From assembly GCF_009914755.1 (NCBI RefSeq), contig NC_060947.1: a DNA stretch of 64,000 bases. The stretch is one strand, 5' to 3'. The position numbers were made by a program, and so were the translations under genes. The notes under the pieces are model-generated. The model saw only the letters and a list, made by a program, of their open reading frames with translations. It ran no database searches and had not been told where the DNA came from. The number at the start of each line of letters is the position of its first letter. The stretch's first letter is position 1. Of the stretch, positions 54,150 to 64,000 are shown in pieces. Origin of the DNA: the human T2T-CHM13v2.0 reference genome, Homo sapiens.

Positions 54150-55030
54150 TACTTTTTGTTTTTCTTCAGCTCCAGTCATTCTGGGTTCAACATCAAGCAT
54201 ACTATGAAAACTTAGTCACTGCAAAGTACCAATTCCAATGATATCTTCCAGTTTATTGGTATAATCTACTTATTTGTATAATTTGTTACTGTTGGCAACC
54301 CATCATTCCTAAATTTTCTCTTCCAGTGATTTCTGTGATGGTCTCATTTTTCTTCTCTTCTTTTCTCTTTGAATTCTTCTGTCCTTCTCATGAATTCCTC
54401 TTCTAAGCATTTCTTATTTAAGGTATTTCCCAATGTTCTGTTCCTGATCCTCTTCTTCTGCCATTTATTCACTATTAGCAATTGCATCCTTTCCTATAAC
54501 TTCAACAATAAACTGCCCAACCCCTGATTCTTTTCTGAAGTGCATTACCAAATTTGTATCTGCCTGATTAGCATTTATTAATATTCCAGAAGCATCTCAA
54601 ACTTAACGTGTATAAACCATATCACCTCATGAGACTTCCAACTTTACTTATTCCTTCTGTATTTTTCAGGTACTTAAAGCCAAAACCTCAGCATCCATTT
54701 TTATTCCTCCGTATTCCTAATCATTCTCTATATTTAAGCATGAATTATATCTTGTTACCTCTATCGCTATAATATTATACCCTCTTTCCAAGAAAATTTA
54801 AGTATTTACTATCTTAGCTCAAGCCTCATTATCTCAGACTTTGACTATTATAACAACTAGTGTTTCTGACTTTAGTCCATTGTTTTGCTCTCCTAAATCA
54901 TAGGTAGATGGTATTGCATCTTTTCACTATTCAAAGATGTTTATGAGCTCCCACTGCAAACAGAAATAAAGTCGAGTTCATAATTCTGACATGTATAGTA
55001 CTCCATATTTCTTCCCCAATCTACTTTACC
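54150..55030 (+). mobile_element. Degenerate L2 body fragments
   Basis: 'ttctgttcctgatcctcttcttc', 'gcatctcaaacttaac', 'ctcaagcctcattatctc'. Confidence 0.5.
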
Positions 55031-57677
55031 AGACTCATCTGTCACTCAGTTGACCCCACAACTATTGAGACACTGTGGCTATGGCCTTTACCTTGATCAC
55101 ACCTCTATCCCGACATCCCAACCCCAATCTCTCAGTACTAGGCTTACTAAACCTTCATTCCTAAATTCAATAACCACTTAGATACAAAACACTATAATGG
55201 GCAAGTAGGTAAAAGAAAAAAAGAGTTTCTGTCATCAAATATTTTATAGTCTAACGAAGAGAGAGATGAATGAATCATTATGCTATGATATAGTACCTGT
55301 TGTAAGAGAGGTGTGTAGGAATAGGAAGATTGTAGAAGAAAACCTGCTTGAGCAATCTGGACACAGCTTCACACAGAGCTAACATTTGACCAGGGTGATC
55401 GAGTTGACCTATCTCTCATCTCTCTGTATACCTCAAAATTAATTTATTTCTACCTCTATTGTAACACTCATTACAGTCTTCTTTGTACCATTTCTTCATG
55501 GATTCACTAATTCAACAATCCTTATCATCTACTATGTGCCGGACACTTATCTAAACACTAAGCAAGAACAAAACAGACAAAAACCTCCAATTTTCATGGA
55601 GATTTGATTCTGGCGTGAAGAGATAAAGAAGTAAATTATATTGAATATAAGAATGTTAAAAATGCTACCAAAAATTAAAGCCAGGTAGAGGGCTAAGGAA
55701 TACTGGGGTTGGGATACAATTTTAATAGGAATTTTGTATTATTTATGATTCTTATACTAGATTTTGGGTTTCTTAAGAGCTATTTCGCAGTGTGGCTATT
55801 TCAGTTTTGCATTGTGATGTCTGATAATTGTTTGTCAAATTAAATTGGTTGTAACAAATTTTCTTCAAATTTCTATAGACTTTTTGTTTTCTTTTATCCA
55901 AATCTCTAACAAAGGCTATATTGTTTGCATGGCAGGAAGATGATTGCTAAAATGTTCTATACGAACTTTTTAAATTTGTGTTCTGTCAAAAGGATCAATT
56001 AGATATCAATATCATTTACTTAAATTTCCCACCTTAAATTTAAAATATCAACAAAAAATTGTGGGTGTTCATGAAATTTTTTGTAAGAGAAATTTGTTTG
56101 TATAGTGACCCAAAAGTATAATAAAAAATGTAAATAATTTGTGTTTCACAACTAAGTCAAGCGCCTTGAAAATAATATTTAGGTGGCAGAATAACAACAA
56201 CAGTTTCCAAATTACAACAGAGTTTTAGCCTGTGAAAGATGTTGAACTTTAATTATGAACTGCAAGTCTGTAAAAAAAAATTAATGTTCTCAACAGTTTC
56301 CCTGGATTGTCATTTTGACATCTACATTCACTATGGAGAATCACTGATACAATTTCTGTCAAATGAGATTTTTATTAGCTTGTACATATCATAACTCAGT
56401 AAAGATATTGTTTGAGTCTGGGCTGATCTTTAACTATAATCTCAGTTTTCACAATGTGTTTAATTAGCTACCTAACTTTTTTGTTTGAAGATCAGTGAAT
56501 TTATTTTTTAATGTCTTCAGACTGAATTCAACTATCTTACTTTGTGATATGAAAAGTGGAGCCAACCTTGAATAATAAGACCCTGTGATTAATTGTTGTC
56601 ACAGCAATAATCTGCACTGCAATTTTCCCCAGCATTGTTAAAGCATTGAACCACTCAATGCAGGGGGAAAAGACACTATGGAGAAATTCAAGATGAGTTA
56701 TATAAGCTTTACCACTAATAACAAGATCTTGAAGAAGAGCAATATGTGTCACTTCTGGTATCATAAAGATAAATGTCATAGCATTTCCAACCACAATGAT
56801 ATACAAACAAAAGACCTCGCAATTTCAGAAATATAAAGTATATTCAATACTCTCTAATTCCTTCTCACTATAAATTTGGTTATAATTTCATAGGTAGAAA
56901 TTCATAAAGCTCAGATTCATCTTTCAGATAACTTCCCATTTGTCAAATTTTGTATACTAAACTAACTGAAAAATTACTGAGAGCTTCCAGTGCACCAGTT
57001 TTTGTTTTCCCTCAATATTAATCATTTTGATTATCTCTCTGTTTTTATAGGACACAATACCCTATCAGGCACTATAGAAGAGATCAAATGCTCCCTCTGC
57101 AGTCCCTCCAGGAGAGGGAGATATATTTGTTCCCTTGTTTGTTCTTTCATCCAGGTTAGCCACAGTTCCCCATAAACCCACCCAGAAATTTCCCTCTGAC
57201 TGTTAATGACAAATTAGCCTTTCATCTAAAATCAGATAATATGGTTGAATATAAATGTTGTCTGGTAATTAGCTTATATTATTAAACATTGGTAATGCCT
57301 TCCAGAAACAGTTTTGGAAGTCATCTGAATGACCCAGAATAAGAACAGCCAAAGCACTCAGTCAGGCAGGCTGAGCTAAGCCTTCAGGAGCTATGCATAT
57401 TTAAGCAGATTTGATGATATCAAAGGGTAAGTTATGTGTAGGCAGTTTTCCTTGCTGAGTCCCTGTGTAGAGAACACAGCTTTTTCTCTTTTTCCTTTTA
57501 GATATGGGATTGAAGGTTTCCATTCAGTTCATGTGTGCACTAGACAACAACAAATATAGTTAATCCAACTGCAAGTTCTTAAGCACACATCCAATTCTTA
57601 TTCTCTGAGGTCCAAGAAACATCCCTTCCACTTAATATTACTCACCTCAAAAATTTGTGAAAAGTGTTTGCTACGCA

Positions 57678-57678
<1 letters not shown>

Positions 57679-57709
<31 letters not shown>
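57679..57709. repeat. Isolated (A)31 tract
   Basis: Directly visible. No adjacent Alu or L1 body. Confidence 0.95.
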
Positions 57710-57712
<3 letters not shown>

Positions 57713-59324
57713 TAGTATAGTCAATGTCTTCCTCCCATTTAGTAGATGTGTGTCAGCAAGGACATTTATTTTTAGAATGTGTTTACTGGAAAAATGCAGT
57801 GGCATTTGAATGATTGTTTAGGGAAAAATAACGTCTTTGGGTGAGCCATAAGTGAAGAAAAAAAGGTCATTTGAGAAGATTTCAGCTGAAGGAGAAATTG
57901 ATAAAGAATATGGAAACGAATTCTAATTAGACTGAAAGGTTCCAAGACTGCACCCTGTGGTGAAATTAGTGTCTTCAATAGACAATACGCCTCGTTAACA
58001 ATAGGAATCTAACTTTTATTACACTTTTCTTGAATTTTTCGCTTCAAGTTGTAACACTTAAAATATGCGTTAATGACCAAATGAATTAATTTATTTGCTG
58101 TGGCTATTCTGTGTCTCTTGAGTGAGCAAGACATCTAGCCTGAATATTTGAAAAGAGAACTAGAATAAATTCTATGGTGCATAATCTGGTAACAGATAAT
58201 GGTCTGATGAAAAGAGTCACCTTTACAGGAAGCACAAAGAATATTAACAAATGAAGGCTACTATTACTATACATGTTAAATCATTTAGCATTTTCCAAAT
58301 GAAGCCAGGATGTTGTAGAAATTCATTCTGTGTATCTGACTGTGATGTAGTTCAGTCTTGATCAAGAATCCCATGTCAAAATCTAACAAGGAAGATCCAA
58401 GAGTGGTATTAAAATTATTTACAGGAGGTAAGTAAGTAATTTTAAAGTCTTTGTTTAATAGACAAACCTTCATCACTCTGGGAAATCTGGGCTTAAATAA
58501 TCCCTTTACCTAATTAAAAGGAAGACAAAGTTAGGTCATGTTTAAAACTTAAATATAATGTGGTACCCATCCTCTTAATTGCGTAACAGATTCCTGCTTT
58601 TTGCACTTAATTGTATAATTTTTTAAGACTGACAGGTTTCAAATACAGTAAGATAATCAACTAGTGTTTACAGTCTGTCATTTTGCTATTAGAAATATTT
58701 TATTCTAACATCCTAGAAGAAAGGAGAAAAAAGAAATATTAAGTATTGCTTAAAGTTGGCTTAACTGGTTGGGGAGTTGAGGGTGGAGAGAAAACATAAA
58801 TTTTGATTTGTTGTTTCATTCACTTCATAGGTCATAGCAAATGAAAAAGGAGAATTACAAGGGGGAAACACCCAGGTACAACATGAATTATCTGTTGGAC
58901 TGGTGTAATGTTTGACTACGGTGTTTCTGATTTCCCAAATGACAAATTTTTAACGTAATAAGGTCCTCAAACCCAGAAGGATTATTCTGATAAGAGAAGT
59001 AAAGATAATCCTTGAAGAAAGGAAATAAACCAAAGAAATAATTTGCTTTAACTCCTGGTTGTTGTTAACAAATGTACATGCTCAATATAAGACAACTCAT
59101 TGGGGTATAATGATTTTAAAATTACATCTTTGGAAAATATGAATTAGCCCTCGCAGAGAATGAGGTAGAAGTGGGAGAGCCTGCATATACTAAATACAAT
59201 ATTTTGACCTTTAGGGTTGTGACTGAGGAATGAAGCAAAGACAATTACCCCCAAAAGTAGAAGAACACAGTATTCTGCACATAGAGAAATTAAACAGCTA
59301 TTTGCTTCTAATATATTTTTCTGA

Positions 59325-60115
<791 letters not shown>

Positions 60116-61749
60116 ATTTTTTTTCTTATAAATGTCAGGTCTGGTAGAAAGGAGAAACTGTATGAAAGGAAAATATCATCTGTACTTCTTGCCAGGTTTT
60201 TCATTGCTAAAACCTGATTCCTTTTTAATTCCTTATTATTTCCTGTACTCTTTGAACATTTTCCATCCAAGCTATTGGAGTCCTAATCTAGAGAGTGAGT
60301 TTTGTGTAACATAACTTATAGTACAAGATTGAAAGCATTAAGCAAACTTTTTGCCAGTAATAAAAATGGTACATTGGTGACTTACTTCTTTTATTTCAAT
60401 TTTGAAGAATGACTTCAGAACTCAAAGAATAATAAAATATAAACTTTCAACATTACTCTAATTTTTTCTCCAATTATATGTGACAGACAGCCAGAAGAAA
60501 TAATCAAAGCAGAAGTAAGGGTTGAGAAGCAAATCTCAGAATGACAAAAATTATTCTTAAAGGAACATAGGTTGTAGTCTGTAGCAGGCCCAGTTGCAGT
60601 GCTGGGATACTTTCAACACTGGAGTGCTTTCTTATTAAGGGGAAAGGGAGATATTTTAGGCTTTTGGAGAAAGGTCAGTCTAAATGTTATGGCTTCTGAA
60701 GATCTCTATTTCATTTAACACCTTTAACTTGATGACCCCAAATCAGTATTTCCATCCCCAAATATTTCCTTGAGCTGCAGATACAAAGATCCAACTAAAC
60801 AGCAGAACTTTACACTTAAATGTCCCTAATGGCACAAAATTACCAAGTATTATTCTCCTGTGCTACCTGCCCCAAGTCAACAGCATTCCTTGCTTAAGCC
60901 AGAAGCCTGACATCGTTGCCTGTAATTCATCAATTTCCAAACTGAGGCAATACAGGAGCCTCCTCCAAACTAATCAGAAAAAGTCCTGCTTTTAAGCCTG
61001 TATTTTCTTTTCCAGGAAGCACATTCACATCTGCCAGGTGACACAAGCCAGAAACTTGGTAGTGATTACAGATTTCTTCCTCTTCCTACCTCTGATCTCC
61101 ATTCAGCTCTCTCCTTTCTCTCTCTTTCTCTCTCCGTAAAACCAGAGAATTCTCTTTTCCGTAACTCCCAAATCTGTCTACATCATATCCCCACAGCCAC
61201 GACTCTAGACCAGACCTTTAACATACTTCCCCCAATGTCAGTTTCCAAACTACACCATTGATATCAGAAATACATTTTGAAGGCAAAATGTGTTATATTA
61301 TTCACTCTATCATTAAATGAAAAGAAGGATTAAGAGGACAATCATATTAAGGAGGAAGAAATGTGGAGCACTCTCTAATTATATTATACTTCTTGAAATG
61401 TGAATGTCATCTTTGACTCCTTCCCCTCCTCATGTTCCTCCCACACTTAGCTGCTACATCCTGTTCATTCTAACTCTAGAGTGTCTCTAACATTCATTTC
61501 CATTCCTACTGTCACTAATGTAATTCAGGTCCTCATCATTTTTCATACAATTTCCTCTTGTTAAAACAAAACTACTTAGTTTCTTGTTCTGCTTATACAA
61601 GTAATGCAAACTCATTGCACTAAGAATTTTCAGAAAATGCAGAAATATAGTGGAAAATGTAAAAATCATCTGCTATCTCACTTTTCATAAATAACCATTG
61701 TCAACATTTTGGTATAAATCCTTCCCGACTTTTTCTATATAAATTTTCC

Positions 61750-61890
61750 TCCATCTCTATCTCCCTCTTCCTTACTCCCTCTCTCTTTCCTTCCTCTCTT
61801 CCTTTTTTCTTCCTTCTTTTCCTCCTACCTCCCTCCCTTTCCTTCCTTCCTTCCTTCTTTCCTTCCTTCCTTCCTTCCATTCTACCTCTC
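61750..61890. repeat. CT-rich / (CCTT)n low-complexity tract
   Basis: Directly visible polypyrimidine run. Confidence 0.9.
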
Positions 61891-62743
61891 AAATTTTTAT
61901 TAAACTCCTATTATGGACCAGACACTTTGCTAATTGCTAATGATATACCTGTAAACAAGAAAATGTATTCTCACCAAACTCACTTTCTAGTGGAAAAATC
62001 GGGCAGCAACAAATAATTACAGGTTGTGATTGGTGCCGTAAGAGATATAAATAGCATGCTATAATGAGGAATGACAGGTTACCTAATATAGATGGGGTTG
62101 TCAGGAAAGGTCTCTCTGAGGGAGGTGACATTTAAGCTAAAACCTGAAGGATCAGAAAATATAGGTCAATGTTTGTAAAGTATCTGTCATGGGAAAAACC
62201 GTTCAAAGCCTTTTTGATTTCTGCTTTTCTTTTTTTAACACATGCCTAGACAGTCTTCCCCCATGAACAGTATTTTATAAACACTGACTTCTATTATCAT
62301 ATAGTATGATTTTATTGTTTGCCTTTAAATATTTTGTCCATCTGTGATATTTGGATAAGATGTTGTATAGAGATCTGAGGCAGAGATAATAGTGATCAAT
62401 CATCAAACACTTCAACTACTCTCCTTCATTTCCCAGACAGCTTATTGCTAGGAAAGACTATAAAACTAGTTCTGGTAGGATGTGGGAAAGAATAAAAAAA
62501 TTAACTTATGATACCACAGCCATCTTTTCCTTTTTTGCGATTTCTAAAGAGGCCACATGCTTCAGAGACTGCAACTATAAGATATTGCTACTTCTGTCGT
62601 CATGGATCCCTGAGCAATTATCTGAAGCAGAGATCCCACTGCCAATCATTAATGGACATGTAGTTTAACTGTGAGACTAAGTTTTGGTTTTGATAAGCCA
62701 CTGAAATTTCATGGGTGATTTGTTACTGCAGCATAATATAGCC

Positions 62744-62935
62744 TAGTGGTTCTCGAACTTTAGCACGCAGCGGAATCACTTGGAAAGTTTATTAAAACAC
62801 AAATTGCAGGGTCTCACCACCCGAAGTTTCTGATTCAGTGGGTTCTGGAGTGGTGCCTGAAAACTTTCATTGCTAAAATTTCCCACATGATACGGACACT
62901 CTTGTCCAGAAGATACACCTAGAAAACCACCACTC
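62744..62935. mobile_element. MER5A hAT MITE, adjacent to an old MLT1 LTR 3' end (~62400-62743)
   Basis: 'agtggttctcgaactttagcacgcagcggaatcacttggaaagtttattaaaacaca...gtttctgattcagtggg'. The upstream 'taagccactgaaatt...tttgttactgcagcataa' is MLT1-like. Confidence 0.75.
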
Positions 62936-63169
62936 GACCTCACCTACAGAAGAGCTAATTTGATTTTAGTTTTTCCAAATAGCAATTTGCTCTGAAAATA
63001 TTCCTTCATTTTGATATTGCTTTTAAAGTATCCCCTTATTATAAACTAACTTATGCATTTGGGCCAATTACTAGCACTCCAGTGACTTTCCCACAATGAC
63101 CTGGTTGCCTAATCAGGCACTAGAATCACACTTTAAATTTTTATAACTACATAATTTAATATTTGTTAG

Positions 63170-63430
63170 AATAAGTCTCCTCTTGTTGCTCTTATTCCAA
63201 AATGCCCATCTATCCTTGCAAGTTTTTTTTTAATTTTTTGGCCTTTCTGATAAATTTTAGAATCATTTTTCTAAGAAATAAATGAAAAGAAAATCCCACT
63301 GAAATTTTTACTGGGTTTATGTTAAATTTAAATATTAATTTTGAAAGAATTTTATTTAAGTTATTCATGTCAAGAATATGAAAATTCTCTCTATTCAAAT
63401 CTGCTTATACGTACCTTAGTAAATTTTATT
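63170..63430 (-). mobile_element. Old L1M ORF2 fragment
   Basis: Minus ORF 63210-63398 resembles degenerate [25 protein letters not shown]..ILKFIW. Confidence 0.6.
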
Positions 63431-64000
63431 ATCTCTTGCCTGGACTGTTGCAATAATCTTCTATAATTTTCCTACGAATTACAATATGACATAACAACAC
63501 TCCCAGATCAAATTGCCAAAAGCAGGATTCCGAACATGAAATTCTATTATTTGAACTTTTTTATGCTATTGCATTGCTAAGAAAATAAGGTAAAACCCCT
63601 TAGCCCATGCTTTAGTCTTTAGCTAAAATCTCATGATTGAGGAAAATCTAATGCAATTGGCAGTCAATATATCTAACAGCAAAGGAGAGATTTTAAAACT
63701 TCTGAAGTTCAAAGCTGGGTGGGAGGCAATACATTCTAAATTTAATATACAACTTATCACACATGATAAATAAGTTTGTTCAGGTAAAAAGGACTACCCT
63801 TCCAAATTAGTCAGAACATATTGAGACTTCAGATTCTAGGGGTGTTCTCTATTCTGTTTCATTTTCATCTTGCAAGCCTGTGTAAAGAGGTCAACTGTTG
63901 AATTAAGCCAGCTTAAAATTACTTTAAAATGAGTAAAGATATTGAAGGGTTAACTGGAAAATCAGTATTTTCTTCTTTTAGTTTAGATTCACTTATTATT

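Noticed and set aside
56537-56806. 89-aa minus ORF ending at a GTAAG donor
   Set aside because: No good acceptor and an unrecognised peptide.

Overview
AT-rich primate (most likely human) intergenic or deep-intronic DNA. It carries AluY/AluS, L1PA/L1PB/L1M, L2, ERV/MaLR solo LTRs and Tc1-mariner/hAT DNA-transposon fossils. I find no supportable protein-coding gene: the supplied ORFs are repeat-derived or short background ORFs. I also see no convincing new biological system. The most notable items are: (1) a ~2.1 kb CpG-rich processed retrocopy (48456-50543, minus) that I recognise as the RCC2 3'UTR, with no CDS and no TSD, apparently inserted with a target-site deletion that cut a Tigger2a; (2) a full-length but dead HSMAR2 mariner split by an AluY; (3) four 5'-inverted (twin-primed) L1s, one retaining an inverted L1PB 5'UTR inside a solo LTR8 with both sets of TSDs intact; (4) a tailless 5' U2 snRNA fragment with a TSD; (5) three small duplications with fold-back junctions. 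Repeat family names come from recalled consensus sequences, not a search. Boundaries of old elements are approximate.
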